A DNA stretch of 62,922 nucleotides, counting the filler, from Atractiella rhizophila (Eukaryota), in assembly GCA_021432655.1 (NCBI GenBank). It is 5 parts of 5 records of this genome, joined end to end, with 100 filler letters (N's around TTAATTAATTAA, not from the genome) between each part and the next. Parts side by side here need not be neighbours in the genome. Positions count along the whole stretch, not along the records: positions 33,666 to 50,379 come from MU271894.1; 4 more parts are not named here. The stretch is one strand, 5' to 3'. Below are positions 34,562 to 48,258 of the stretch, one piece after another. Position 1 is the first letter of the stretch; each line of letters begins with the position of its first letter. The notes under the pieces were generated by a model. It had not been told where the DNA came from and ran no database searches. It saw nothing but the letters and a program-made list of their open reading frames with translations. Made by a program: the position numbers and the translations under genes.

Positions 34562-35737
34562 CTAAGATTTATCCACCCTTACAGCAGTTCCTCTCACAGG
34601 GCGAGCAAACCCCTTTCCTCCTCTACCAAATCTCACATTCCGCGGCACCATCTCCACCTCCATCTTCTTCACTCCTTCAACAATCCCCTCCATCCCCTCC
34701 GCACCATTTCCATCCGCCTGTGCGTCTTTTTTCGTGATAGCAGGGGCGGATCGTAAGTGTGGCGGGGAGTCACGTGTCGTTTCCACTTGTTGAGAGCTGG
34801 AGGGAAGAGGGGACTGAGTTGTTCCCCCTCTGTTTCCACGCCCACGACCACGACCACGACCACGACCGCTTCCTCGAACAAAGGCGCCTCGTCCTCTCGT
34901 ATTCAACCGTCCGCGCCCACCTCCCCGCGCTTGATTTTCAGCTGGCGGATGTACTCCCTCCTCCTTTTCGTTATCCTCCATCTCCAGGTCCTTCTTCGTT
35001 TCTGTTTCTGTTTCTGGCTGAATATCATGTTCTCCCACTTTCTCGCCATCCTGCATCTCCACCTCCTTCCCTTCAGTCGAGGATGCAGGGGGTGGTTGCC
35101 GTTCCTTCCATTCTCCTCTTACCATCCCGCTCCCTACACCCCATTTCCGCCACCTCCCCACCATTCCTTCGTTCACGATTCCAAAGAAAAATGACTTTGG
35201 ATAAGCGTGCTTGTCGATCAGGTGCAGGCGACGTTTCTTAGGTGAGCCGAAGCGTTGTGTACAATCAGGAACAAAGCATCGAAACTGTCCAAATCACACT
35301 TGTGTGAGTTCATTTTCGGCTATGAAGCTATGGTGGATGAAAAGGAGAGAAACACCGCGTACAATCTTCTGTCCTTTCTCCATCGCCGCTGACAGCAATG
35401 GATCGTGATTCTCTCTAATGTGCAGCTCCAAAAAGAGTTCAGAAGGAAATATCTTCGCGCATTTCTTGCCCCCTTTTCCACTCTTGCCGTCCACGGACTG
35501 ACAAACAAAGGTATGATGAGTGTTGTAATGGTCGTCTAACTGAGCAGGAGTCTTGAACGTGATTGGAGCTGCAGAACACAGCGGTGGAAGCGTGCAGGTC
35601 AACCCTGCAGCGACATCGATGGTATCAGCTTCATCGCGGGTGACATCTGGTGACGGAGGCACGCGTGCTGATGACGGAGAGGCAGAGGAGGCGCTTGGAG
35701 AGGGGGAGAACGACCTTCGACGCTTTAGATTTGACAT
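34562..35737 (-). CDS. C2H2 zinc-finger protein, ZNF511-like, with an RG-rich tail
   Basis: CTLPPLC...HYNTHH, CAKIFPSELFLELHIRENHDP, and after an intron CFVPDC...RRLHLIDKHAYPK. Confidence 0.8.
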
Positions 35738-36456
35738 TTTGCACTTCGTCGTTTGTGTCGGAACCGATGATCAATTTCCGTCCCGCCCTTCTTTACCACC
35801 CAGACGACGAGGAACCGGGGTTGACAATGGAGTCCATCCTTGCGGAAAGGAGGGTCTTTGCGGCACGCGTTTGTTTCCCTCTCGTACTTGTTGATGGGTG
35901 TAATACGAGCTCAAACGAGCTCGAGGTCCACGTTCTCGACTGTAAATACAGACAGTGGTCATGGGGACGACGGGTGGGAGTGCGATATGGATTACTCCAG
36001 AAGACGAATATCTCGAGGTCGCTCGTGTAGTTTACTTCACGTATCGTGTGGATTAGAATACAAAGAAGCGCAGTAACCACTTGGCATCGCGTGTGTCGTC
36101 TCACATCATGTTGATCCGTCCTATTTCTAGAGCGAGGTGGGAAATACAAAAGATGTCGTTCATCAGAATTGCGCGCGGTACCATCCTTTAACCAGCTAGA
36201 AACTACTGCACGTATTTGCCGATGCGTAGATACAAGTTTGACAGGCTCCACGGTGAGTCTTGAAAAGCTGGAAAACTTTTGTGATTTTCACCATGCCTTC
36301 CGTGTGATTGAATTTTGTGTGGCTTCCCCATGAGCAATGCCTTTTAATTACATCAGCTTCTAGGCACTTTTAATACTCCCTTACTTTGCTCTGCAAAACG
36401 TCCCCAAGACATCTCACTTTTACCGGCCCAGACATTAGATATACAGCAAAACCACA

Positions 36457-38181
36457 ATGCTTCTGGCCCTCATCTCTGGTTCCACGGGCGAGAGTGATCC
36501 TCAGATCGTTTTTAAATTCACAAGACCAGCTCGCAAAGTGTGGAATTCAAAGCAGTGCTCTTTCAGCGTGCATGATTGTGTATCGCACGCACGCGCACTG
36601 TCCTCCGTCTCACAGGACGAATCTCTCTACCCGGTCACTTTTGTGTTTGATCCCGATTCTCAAGAAAATTTTGCGGTACTGCTTTCTGTAGATGCTGAGT
36701 CGGGAGCCATCACCAGCAGCTCAAGGATAGAAGAATCGCTTGAATCGTGTAATTGTCCTCGAATCGTCAACGCCGCTATCTCGGTATTCGTACAACTAGC
36801 TTGGGGTGATGACCCGTTTAAGGAACTTCCGTACGAGCTTATGGACATGATATTTACAGCTATGATCGATGCTGACGATGTTCATATCGAACGACGGAGA
36901 CAGTCTCACCTTCCTCGTTATCTGCAGCAGCTCCGACTGGTGAACAGACGATTCGCCAAAACCGCTTTTCCCGCACTCTGTCGCGTTCTGGGGACATTTA
37001 CGAGCCCGCCAGTTATCTTCGGCTCCCACCGGGGAAGCCACTTGTCCAATTCTCCGTTGGCTCTATTCAAGCGGTATCCAGAAGCCTCTTCATCTTGGAT
37101 GCGACAACTGGTAATCAGAGATTCCGCCACGGAGAGTGTGGACACAACTTGGGTTTTGCTCATCGATGTTTTTAAACGCTGTCGGAACTTGAACTGGATA
37201 GTTTTATTCGTGAAACCGTCGGCGGATCAGAACATCCGCAAAGCTGTTCTCTCTCATTTATTGACCCTTCAGGGCCTTACAACTCTGCAGATCACAAACT
37301 GTACCGAACACGGCGATTGCCGTTGGGGAACGAAAGATCTCTCCTTCCTCTTGTCGCAGACTTTGCTGGTCAGTAGATTTGCAATTTCCGGTTGGGACCT
37401 TCGAGAAGAAGATGACTTTCAGACGGCTCAAAAGCCAGCAAGGCTGGAACTCCTCGACATCAAAGCCTGTCCTGTACATTTGAAAACGCTCCGTGCTTTT
37501 CTCCCGCTCTTGTTGCCGTCTGTGACTATTGAAGAGGGGACGTTGCCAACTTTTACTTTTCTATATGAAGGGTTTTGGCCGGGTCTCGTGACTCCTGAAG
37601 ACGTTCTACGACTTGTGAATGGTTCTGGTGCCCTGTTCTATGAAGTTGGTTGCCAGCTTCGACCGTTTTCCAAAACCCAAACAGAACCTCTACTGAGGCA
37701 ATTGAAACCTCTGGATGAGCATTTTTATTCTTTGAAAAGTAAGGTGACTTCTTTGGACCTTGCTTCTTATTGAGTGAGCGTTTTAGACGTTCAAGTCATC
37801 TTACTCGACGGCGGAGACGAAGGTTCCAACCTCATATCACCACAATTTCTTCTCGGGATATCGAAAATGCCAGCTCTTATCGAGGTCATCCTCAACTGGT
37901 GTTTCATTCAAGCGGACACAATCACATCATTTCTCGCAGCTCAGGAAGAGTACGCTGAGGCAAAACCACAAGCAATCTCTCTTATCATTACTCCTCTGAT
38001 CGGTGACTTCCCCTGGACGATCAGCGAATTTAATGAAAAACTCTGTCTGATTCGGAACGACGAAAAGAAATCTAGCTTTGAGGAAACGGAAGTTGGGATA
38101 CATCACTACAGAGGACGCTATTTCGAGATATTTTGGAATGAAGGCGGTACTGAAAGTGTCACAGCAGCGATGAGATGGTAG
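36457..38181 (+). pseudogene. F-box-like family paralog with an in-frame TGA at 37771-37773
   Basis: ELPYELMDMIF...LRLVNRRF F-box-like motif. The same frame resumes after the stop with LDGGDEGSNLISPQF. Confidence 0.6.
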
Positions 38182-38279
38182 GGAAAGGAATAACAGAGGG
38201 ACACATCACATCATCACATCTAATGCAATATCCGTGCATGAGCTAATGTACAGTCTGCAACTCATGAACGCAATGCAAG

Positions 38280-40961
38280 TTACAACCGAACCTTCCCAGC
38301 CTTGACCTGCTCCCACTCTTCCTTCCCAAAAGGCACATATCTACCATTTCTAAGCCAAAGGATCTGATCTTTCACCTTGGACACATCTATTCCCTCATTC
38401 CTCAAATGCACTTTCTGGTGCTTCATGGTCCCTGTCGTTTGCATCCTTCATCCCCACAACATCTCAGCCCCTAGTCACTGGCAGAGCTTGGGAGATACTT
38501 ACTCTGCAACTAAACGGAGGAAGAGAGGTCTACCGTATCCTGGTAGTTCTTTCGTAACATGCGAAGCGAGCTTGTCAAAATCGAATCCAGGGCGGGCGAC
38601 GATGGCTGCACATCCAGCTCGTCCATCATGAGAGGGAACTTCGACGCCATATACGTTCCTAACATATGAGTGTCATTTATGAGGAACTAGTTAGGGGAAA
38701 TCGGGGAACAACGCACACATCCGTCACTTCGTTCAAAGCAGAAACTGTTGTAGCGACTTCATTCGTCGAAACATTCTCACTCTTCCATCTGAACGTGTCC
38801 TACCCACGTTCATTCACCATCAGCCATTTCTTCGACATGGAAAGATGAAAGGACAGAGAAGACAGGAGTAACGTACACCCATCCGATCAACGAAAAACAC
38901 CTGCCCATCCTCATTGACCCTCATCAAATCCCCGCTCCTAAACCACGCATCGCCCTTCTCAAACACATCAGTCGCAATCTTCTTGTTCGTCGCCTCATCG
39001 TTGCCGTAATAACCACGGAAGTTCTTGGAGAAGTCTTCCTTGTTGATCCGTCCGAGGACCTCGCCAGGTTCATTCGCTTCCACCTTTTCACATATATCAG
39101 TCCGTCAGGCAAGGTGATCACTGCATGGCAGGGCATGAAGACGCACCCGTATGCAGAGGCCTCCAGAATCTCGCACAGGTTCCTCGGTAAGCGCGTCCAC
39201 TTTAATGATGGCTATGTCGTTCTTGGTGAGAGCACTATTGGTGTCAGGTCAGCCTGTACGAACGCATGCTAAAGAGGTAGGACGAACTGTAGCAGAGCCC
39301 CATATCTCGTCAAAGCACCAGCACCATATGGACCGGTATTGTAATTGAACATGGCGACGATACCTTCACGATAGGCCAATGAGACAAGTAATTTCAAAGA
39401 AGGGAAAGATAAGAACGGTTACCTTCACTCGCTCCATAAAATTCCGAAATCGTCTTAATCCCGAACCTCTCCCTGAACCTCTGCCACACCTCCGGTCTCA
39501 ATCCATTTCCAAACGCGAGCCTAAACGTCATTCCTTAACATTGTACTCAACAGGACCGAAACACAATCATACCTGACACGATGTTCCTTGTCCTCCTTCT
39601 TCTCCGGCTGGGACATCAAAAATCTGACCATCTCCCCAATATACTGTATGACGGTCGCCTCCTGCTTCCTCACCTCGTCCCAGAACCTGGTCGCCGAGAA
39701 CTTGCGTCCGATGATCAGCGTCGTATTGCTCTGCCAGGACGCGCCCATGGCTGTCCAGGAGCCCGAGGAATGGTAGAGGGGAAGAGCGGTATAGAGACGA
39801 TCGGAGGACTTGACGCCGTTCAGAGTCGGCCAGGCGTAGAAGGCGGATCCTACTCGTCCGTGAGTGCACGAGGCGGGTTTAGGCAAACCCGTCGTTCTTT
39901 CCCCCAAAAAGAAAAAAAAATCAATGAAAAGTGAGAGGATGGAGGAACGCACCCTGATGTGTAGATGAGACAACTCGGGTCTTGCCAAGTGATTCCATCC
40001 CTATTACCAACATGTCCCAGTCCCACGCTCTCCGCCCTCTCTTCCTTCACCAACTCTCCTTCCCTAACTTCCACATCCGGATTCACCACTCCAGGAAGAG
40101 AAGCATTGAACTCGTCACTCCACCTCAACTTCTTCAATCCTCCCAAACACGAAGAATCCACAGTCCCGAGTTGCGGCTCCAACTCGACATCATAGATTAT
40201 GGCGGTGGCGCCGGAGACGCGGATGCAGTGTTCGAGGGCGTGGGAGGAGAGGGTGGTATTGAGGAAGGCGGGGAGGACGTCGATCAACAAGCAGGCGAGC
40301 CAGATTATGGGCTGTCCATTTCATTCCATCCATCAAGTTCTTAGTTTGTCACTTGTGTAAGAGAAGGGAGAACGAACAAAGCCAGGCTTGTTGGTCATGA
40401 ACATGCAGATTACGTCTGTAGTAAAAGTCAATCAAGGTCTTCTTTTGTAAGAAGTAGAAATGAGACGAACCCTTTCTCTTCAATCCGAGTGCTTTCAATC
40501 TCAACGCCAACTGTACGCTCTCTACACGCCAAACAGCGTCACTTCTCTCCAAAATACACCAAAAGGATTACAAAGACATACCAAAATAGACCCTCTTCCA
40601 TGTCCACGCTTTGCCTTCACAGATATAACACAGCTCCTCACCTTTCCCCTCCAACTTCTCCAAAGCCGTCTTCTCGAATTGATACCACAACGAGTTCCTG
40701 TCCGCCTTATCGTTCTTCGCCAGCTGTCTCCTCACGTGGACGGTGGTGCGTAGCAGCCTGAAGTCGGCTTTGCAAAGAGAAACGTCAACCCAATTCATTG
40801 AGACCAACAATTATCGGAATGGAGGAGGTAGGATAGAAAGATAAGGAGAGGAACACACCTGCAATTCCATGCTTGGCATCAACGTAAGCTGCTCCAGCGA
40901 GCCCACCAACAACTTTCATCCACAATGGAGCGGCAGCAACTGCGACAGAGAGAGCAGCCAT
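38280..40961 (-). CDS. FAT1: Fatty acid transport protein / very-long-chain acyl-CoA synthetase, multi-exon
   Basis: LIYTSGTTGLPK, LPLYHSSG, QYIGEMVRFL, WFRSGDLM, DTFRWKSENVST and TGTMKHQK. Confidence 0.9.
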
Positions 40962-41499
40962 CTTTCTTCTCTTCAAATGTCCTTATCTTTCGCGTCTCCT
41001 CTATATGTAAGGTCTCAAGTGAGCCTTAGAAGGCGAATATGACAAGGAGGATGGGAGAGAGTGTGGGGTAAATGCATGTCGCTCGCTCACTCGTTGCTTT
41101 TATTGATCGAACGCGTCGGTTGTCCCGGCATTATGCTTACCCAGCGAAGCCGGGGGTGAGCTGCTCTCAGGACGCTCTGGCACATTCAGCTGGACAATAA
41201 AGAAAAGCAATACATCTTCAGTAGAACCTCACAACGGCGAGAAATGTTGGGCCGATTCGCTCCGATGTCGTCTGGAGCGAGCGAGCGAGCACAGTTGCGA
41301 TAGCTGCATTTAACAGCTATGAAGTGGGCTACTAAACCTAGAAAGGGTAAAAGAGATGATGGTGAATAAAGAGAGAAGAGGAGAATATTTGTTTACGAAC
41401 TCGATATGATTACCGTCATCAAGATACTCAGGACATTCTGCCTACTTTTGATTTCATCCTTCCACTGAACCCCATTTTGTAACTTCATCCATCCAGTGT

Positions 41500-42798
41500 T
41501 TAACCAGGCGGCAAAAGGCTGGCATCCACATCCCCACCCTCCTCAGGGGGTACCTCCCCGCCCTCGACATCCTCCGCTCCCATCCACTCACTCACAATCC
41601 TCGCTCTCGGCATGACCATCGCTCCCGTCCTCGCGGCCTCGAGAATTCCATAAGGTCTGACGAGTTTCAAGAAGGCGTCGACCCTCGACGTCTTGCCCGT
41701 CATCTCGATCACGATGCTGTCGTGGGAGACGTCGACGATGCGGGCCTGGAAGAGGGAGGCGATCTCGGAGAGCGCGGAGAGGTGCGAGTGCTTCTGTCTC
41801 AGCGCTTCTGACGGTGTGAGGGTGGAGCGGGGCGGCGTGGACGGTGAACGGTGTGTGTGAGAGGGTTGGTGGTGGTGCAGAGCCGGGTGGGAGTCTTCCA
41901 ACGCTTCTTGTTGGCGTTCTACCACCTCGTTCGCTGGACTGTCGGGCTCGATCTTGTTGTTGGTTGTGTGCTCTGAAGTTGGGAGTTTCCCGCCTTGTGC
42001 GTGTGAGGAGTGCTCGGATGAAGGAAGGGAAGGTGCGGCTTTGGAGGAGCGCGCAGAAGCGATCCGGGTCGCTAGTTGCTCTTCGAAGTATTCTGGACCT
42101 AGAATAGAGATTTTGGCGAGGAGCAGCTCGCGTTCTATCATCTTCGTCCTCGTATAATCCAACACCGCCCAAACTGGGACCTACGCACCACCAACGCAAA
42201 CCACAACCAAGAAGAAAAATTCTCAGCGCAGCACAAACACGCAAATTGAAACGCAGTTGAAAAGTGAAAGAAAGGATGAAAAGACGCACCAAGTCTTCAA
42301 GTTGCCTCCGAGCCTGTTCAACCACCCCTTCCTGTCCTCGAAGGACGATACACATCCTACTCAAGTCCTTCACCTCCGTCGCACACACCACCAACGAATC
42401 AATATTGAATCCCCTCGCCGCCAAAATGCCCGACACTCTGCTCAGTACTCCCGGCTCATTCTGAACCAACGCATTGAGTACATGTCTAGTATACGGCTCC
42501 CTCGAAGGTGGAGGAGCTACGCATCTCCGTCAACACAACAATCCCATTGCTTTTGCTGTAACCATAAAGAAAGGAAGAGAAACGCACTGTTGTATAAGAT
42601 ATTCGTGACAGCCTCCTCAGCGCTCCATCGCGGCGGATCAATAACTTCTGGGAGACTGGGAGGCCTGGCGCGGGGATGGTGGAGCTTGTAGTCGAGGGCG
42701 GAAGTGGAGGATTTGTTGGAGACTGGCGCCGAGGTGGACAGCCTGTTTCCCGCTGAGGGGAGAGAGCGCAGGAGGGGGCGTAGGGAGGGAGGACGCAT
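41500..42798 (-). CDS. ILV6: Acetolactate synthase regulatory (small) subunit, multi-exon
   Basis: STSALDYK, AVTNILYN, VQNEPGVLSRVSGILAARGFNIDSLVVC, IERELLLAK, GILEAARTG and C-terminal SLLPPG. Confidence 0.95.
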
Positions 42799-42886
42799 GG
42801 TCCTTGCTGCTCTGTTGGAAGGAGCACTTGCCTGATTGCCTGAGCTCTTGTGCTGTTATTCAAGAGTTGCTGAAAACGGGAAGGTG

Positions 42887-42893
42887 TGAGTCA
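42887..42893. promoter_or_regulatory. Gcn4/CpcA-type element TGAGTCA upstream of ILV6
   Basis: Perfect 7-mer inside GTGTGAGTCACAC, about 90 bp upstream of the start codon of an amino-acid biosynthesis gene. Confidence 0.6.
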
Positions 42894-43168
42894 CACTTTG
42901 CTCAGGAGGAGTCGATGAAGTTCCAGAGTACTGGTTTGGAGTTAGACATCTTTAGTAGGATCAAGTAGGATGATATGGATGACAATGGTAAATAGGCAAC
43001 GTTGACAGGGTTGGCAAGTCATGAGGATAAGAAATTGGCTGCAGGCAGTGAGCAGATTTTACTCTTGCGACACGGGAAGTGACTAGTGACGGTTTGTGCC
43101 CTCTTTGAACACTGTTTATACATGTTCAAGCTTGAAAGAACAAAATATTCCAGCCTTCCGCTGATACG

Positions 43169-44940
43169 ATGGATGTTGCCTTGAATAATGGGCGGGTGAT
43201 TTTTCAAGTTCACTTTTGGGGCTACCCAGGACTTGTGCAGACAGTGACAATGCTCTCCATTCCGAGTCGTCTTGCACAGTTCCAGAGCACTAAGAAGCAC
43301 TCCCTCTCTTCCTTATTTTGCGTTCCGCTGAAGTTTGTCAGAACTGTTCTGGCACCATTTGTATGGAGAAATGGGCAAGGACGTTACTTGCTGCCAAACA
43401 AGACTGCCACTCCCACCGGTTATCCGTTCTCGATATCAACCAAGTGTTTCATTGAATTTCCTTCTATCATACGGCCGTGACGTCGGATGGATACACCACT
43501 TAGCCCTGTCATCGTGAACCAACGGCGCATTAATTATTTTAGCAAGAGTTCTAACTCAGCCCTCTGTAAGACTTTATCGATTATGCCCCTGATAGTCGCG
43601 AACTAAAGCAAACGCACAGGGTTCTGGAAACGACGTCCCCAAACTTCTCTAATTGGCAGGTTGCCAAGCGAACTGCTATTGAAGTTACTTACCCTTTTCT
43701 TGCCTCGAGTCTCTCGCATGGAGGATCTGGATCAAGAGTTCATCGACCAGTTTTGCATCTTCCGACGCATTTCTTTCACATTCAGCCAAGTCGCCCTCGC
43801 TGCGCTCAGATATTATAGAATACGTTTTCCCGACTCGTTCCCTCAATATATTCTGAATATCAGTTACCTCAGGAATATGGCACTACAGCAACCCCCCGAC
43901 GTGTGGAAGTCCGCCACAATGGTGAGCTCCACTCCACCATCCAGCAGCTCTGTTCCAGAACTACTGAAAATTATCGCGATGCCTCGAGACGACGTCACTC
44001 TAAATATTTACAATCTTCCTTGGAACGGTTTCCATCTAAAGGGTCTACTTGGTGACCCTTTTTTGGGTCGTCATTATTTGTATCGAAGGGGATCATTGAA
44101 CCTTTTCTTTGGCAAACAGCGAGCTGAATTGAGTCTGGATAATATAATGCGTCGCTGTCGACACCGAATCCATATCACCATATCTCGGTTGATTCCTCAG
44201 CCTACTCGGCGTCTCCAATCTACAGGAGAAAGAGAAGTAATACCACCTCGCTACGTAATGTCAAGTCTTGCTTTGCTAAAGTGTAGTCTTTGTGTTGGAG
44301 ACCTCTATTACTTCGGAATACGAGCAGAGGATCCAGATTCATTCGTCGCATTGTAGAGACGCTGAGGTTCAGCTCATTTCATCACATGCTTTCCGCCGAT
44401 GGCTTTTGTCACTTTTTAAGCGGTTTTAAGTCGTCACATATTTGCTGCTCTTTCCAGCAGCTCTCGGCCAATCCTGACAACAGCGGTCTCGAACGACATC
44501 TCGACCAAGAACTCCTTGATGTTCTCTACAAAGGACCAGACGCAAATCTTTACCTTGATCGGGGAGTGGAAGATTCGAATCTTGTTTCTGATCGATTTCT
44601 GACTGTCAGAGCTGAATGGTATCACGTTTCAGAGATTGTTTTGCTTTGCTGTCATTTTCTAGCAAGCGCAATTTGCGCGTTCCTACACACCGTCGCTCCA
44701 AACTACGATGCAGGGCGTGTGATTCGCCGTGTGGTCATGCAGCTGAAGCCATTCTTCGGAGACTGCGACTTTTCTACCTCCTGGTTCTCCGAAGTCCTTG
44801 GGGTGTCCCAAAATCATCACAGAGCTCTTCCGCCACAACATTCAAGGAGCGGTACGGGAAAAGCCTCAGGTATCAACTTCAGTATGACCCCACGAGATCA
44901 GGTACAGTTTACAACCTTTCCTGCCGCAATAGCTTCTTAG
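43169..44940 (+). pseudogene. Diverged F-box-like paralog in three ORF pieces (introns or frameshifts)
   Basis: IGRLPSELLLKLL...FRRISFTFSQVA, plus the C-terminal motif variant LYLDRGVEDSNLVSDRFL. Confidence 0.55.
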
Positions 44941-45917
44941 TTAACCTCTGGATCATTGACCAAGACGACGCACCAGGAAACGAGGATTCTCTCTTCTTTT
45001 GGAAGAGTTTCGAGAAATAGCATCGGCTGAGCTCTTGATTCTCGCTCCTCTGGGATCAAGCAGGGATACCCAATTCCTAAATAGAGTGGGCAGTTGGAGT
45101 CTTGCGAAATCGATACTCGTGGTTGCACCGACGTCTTGTCAAGTTAGACCTAACTCCTCCGTAGGATAGATGGATGTGGATGTGTTTCAGAATTGGTCAA
45201 TACCTCCTCAAGCTCGATCAGAACGGTTTGATGTCATGTCTTCGTATAAATTTCATGTCAACCGGAAGGGCAGAGGCATATTGGGGATCATAGTATCATG
45301 GCTGACGTATACAAAGCACTGAGTACTGAGCGGAGAGCAAGGAGTATGTATGAGGGGCCCATGTGCTAAGCAAAGAAGACTTACCCGCGTCTAACGGTGG
45401 GGCGTCTCCCATTCTCCCTATTTCTTGCGTATGTTTAGTATTACTCTCTCACACGAATGAAATCCCGTATGAAACTTTTGAAGCGAATATAGATAAGTAA
45501 TGAAAGGAAAGGAACTAATGCGAACAAAGCCTCAGTTCCATTTCATGCATGACTCTTAGCTACAGAAAGGGTCCCACGCACTAATTAGATAGAAGGCCAG
45601 CCTGTTGCATGAAAAGGTGGCTGATAGTACTAGACAGGACACGTTTCGGCGCGTCTTGTTTTATGAGCGATGGCCCTATCTTCTTGCGCATTGCTTGTTC
45701 TTGCTCACGGAGAAGTCTACTGAGTCCGTTCGGTACCTTAATATTAGTTCTTCCCACGCTTACTCCTTGAAAGGGTCTTTCGCCTGAGAGACGTTGTGGA
45801 AAGGGATTCGTCGCTGCGGAGCTTTGAATGACTTGGAAATACCTACAGCTACAGTGTGAGTTTGCTTGTACTTTTTATCGAAGAATTGATGAGACTTCCA
45901 CTGGGTAGACGCATTGG

Positions 45918-47627
45918 TTGGTTCTGATGGGGACCATTACAGCCCTCCCTTCTGAACTGCTGCTCCAAATCTTTGACATTCTCGCTGATCATTGGATCGA
46001 CGAACGACGAGATTATACACGGGATTGCAATGCGCGAGCCATCTGGGTTACCACTCGCTCCAACTGTCAAGTCAAACCTTGCTCGCTGGTCTGCAAACAA
46101 TGGAGCAAGCTCTCGCTTCCGTATGTCGATTGGCTACTCAGGCTTTCTGTGAAGAATATGGACGGGATTATTTCGTTCATACGCCAGTCAAAAACGCGCC
46201 GCTCTCACGTAAAGCATCTGTTTGTTAACTTTCCTGGAGAATCACAAGTACTCGACAAGAAAGCAAACTCGGCGGCTTTGTGGGGTGCTCTCCGTGAAGT
46301 TCTAGAGACTGTGGGTGACCAACTTCAAACGATGGATATCTTGTTGTGGGCTATGGAAGGTTCCAGACAATGTCCCCCTCCTGAAGCTCGTCTTCGATTG
46401 CCATCGAATATCAGTGATCTCTGGGTGCGAACGAGTTCCGCTATGACCAACCCTGTCCTTCAAGATTGGTTCACTGGGTTAGAAGAATGCAAGGCGTTGA
46501 GTTGTCTCGAACTACGAGATATTCACGCATCGCAGTCCTCCCCAGCTTTGTTTGCACTCCGCCATCTCGTCATCAGCGCCATTCTTCCTACCGAGTCAAC
46601 TTTCTTTTCAGCATCAGCAACCACTCTCACGTCGCTTACAGCCTTCTGGTCGGACAGTTTCGGCAGCGAATCATTCTGGCCGACATTCTTCCCACTCCTC
46701 CACCTCGTCAAAGGCAACCTTCGAGAACTAGACATGGACGGGAGTACTGGAAGCATCCCAGTGCGCTATGACAAGGAAGATCAACTGGTCGCTCCGATCC
46801 TACCAAGTTTGACAACGCTCAAGCTAACCAGCGCTTTCTTGGGGAACCTAGTTGATTCTTTCCCGCACCTCCGTCTCTCATTACGGTTGGTGCGATTGAA
46901 GCTAAAAAAGGTTCCAATAATGGTGGCCGCACAAGATGCCCAAGCTCAAGAGTTCCAATGTCACTTTCGGCATTTGCAGAGATTGACCCTACGTAGTGAA
47001 ACTAAAGAGCTGACAGTCAAGCTCATCCGACCTTTGTTCGACCCTATCTTGCATCCCCACACCCTCAGGCGACTGGACACGGAATTGACCGCATTTGTGT
47101 CTGCAGCAGAGCTCAAGTCTTTTCTCCAGATCTCGCAACCTCGAATTCTTGACATTTTCCTTGAGAGTTCCTTCGAGACTTTGGACTTTCTCCTCACATC
47201 AGGTCACACAATTCCTGGAATCCAAGACATGCGCCTCTCAGGCAGCTTCTTTAAGCCCAATTCACGCTGGGGTGATTGTATTTTTCATTCTTCATCTTTC
47301 AGCAAAGGTTCGTGTGCCGCCAAAAGTCTCGAGTTCCGATTTCGTGTTGCTTCGAGTTGGCGGCACTACAGCTCTTATGTAACTGACTATATCTATGTCG
47401 GCGACGGAGGATATACACCGTTGATTACATTTCTTTCCGCTGCAACTTGGACGGATCAGCTGGCAAACCTCAGGTTTCAACATCTGTCCCATGGCATTCC
47501 AACTATTGACTTAAACCGACAACAATGGTCCAACTATGAAAGCTTGATGGACCGACTTGGGAGAAGATTCGAGGTTACAGGATTGGAGTTCTTCAAGGCG
47601 AGTGGGAGAGATGATGATACTGAATGA
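45918..47627 (+). CDS. F-box-like protein with LRR-like repeats
   Basis: 569-aa ORF with ITALPSELLLQIFDIL...SLVCKQWSKLS and repeated LxxLxL segments. First ATG is at 45927. Confidence 0.75.
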   Translation: MVLMGTITALPSELLLQIFDILADHWIDERRDYTRDCNARAIWVTTRSNCQVKPCSLVCKQWSKLSLPYVDWLLRLSVKNMDGIISFIRQSKTRRSHVKHLFVNFPGESQVLDKKANSAALWGALREVLETVGDQLQTMDILLWAMEGSRQCPPPEARLRLPSNISDLWVRTSSAMTNPVLQDWFTGLEECKALSCLELRDIHASQSSPALFALRHLVISAILPTESTFFSASATTLTSLTAFWSDSFGSESFWPTFFPLLHLVKGNLRELDMDGSTGSIPVRYDKEDQLVAPILPSLTTLKLTSAFLGNLVDSFPHLRLSLRLVRLKLKKVPIMVAAQDAQAQEFQCHFRHLQRLTLRSETKELTVKLIRPLFDPILHPHTLRRLDTELTAFVSAAELKSFLQISQPRILDIFLESSFETLDFLLTSGHTIPGIQDMRLSGSFFKPNSRWGDCIFHSSSFSKGSCAAKSLEFRFRVASSWRHYSSYVTDYIYVGDGGYTPLITFLSAATWTDQLANLRFQHLSHGIPTIDLNRQQWSNYESLMDRLGRRFEVTGLEFFKASGRDDDTE

Positions 47628-47739
47628 TCACGACAAGTGACCCACGGTCAACATGTAATATGGTTGAATATTCTGGGAAAATGGTATGTCAAGTTTCATG
47701 GCGCGGAAGCGAAAGAGAGAGGATGGAGATGGTGTGATA

Positions 47740-48258
47740 TATTGATTAGAGGGGGGGACGAAGGAGGTAGTTTCTTCAGCTGAGAAAACATCGATCTTGA
47801 GCTTGAGCGAGAGATGTTCTAGCAATGGCGGAATTGGGGAGATTAAGGTGAAGCGGGGGGGCATAAAGTGAGGTATCGCAAGGTATGGGGGAGGGAGAAA
47901 GACGAGAGTGGCCGATACTCTTGAAGCGTCGTACTGGGCGTCCAGCATCAGGGTACCGGCTTAGGCAAGCAAGTTTTTTCTTGATTGAAGGGGCTTCGTT
48001 CCAATAAGGAGCCGAAGCTCTCCTCCAGTACTTGCAGATATTGGCGAGGATATCAGCATTGTCTCCGAGGAAAGTAAAGATTAGAGAGAGGAGCTCGTTA
48101 GGCAGTCTTGATATAGAATGCCATGATGGATCACTTCGTTGATAGCCCTGCAGAGACATTTGCAGAATGCCGGCAGCTCCGTTGGAAGCTCGGGAGGTCT
48201 GATGGCTCGAAGTCAGGGACTGAGACGATTTTGAAGGAGTATACGGCGACGGGTGCAA
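47740..48258 (-). pseudogene. Internally deleted F-box-like paralog of 1604-3343
   Basis: ISRLPNELLSLIFTFL...ICKYWRRAS...LSRYPDAG matches the ...LTAYPNAG region of the paralog. It jumps in another frame to IPPLLEHLSL, which matches LPPLLEYLEI. Confidence 0.65.

Noticed and set aside
35181..35195. Frameshift in the zinc-finger gene at an A run
   Set aside because: On recount the five As keep the frame (YPKSFFFGIVNEG).
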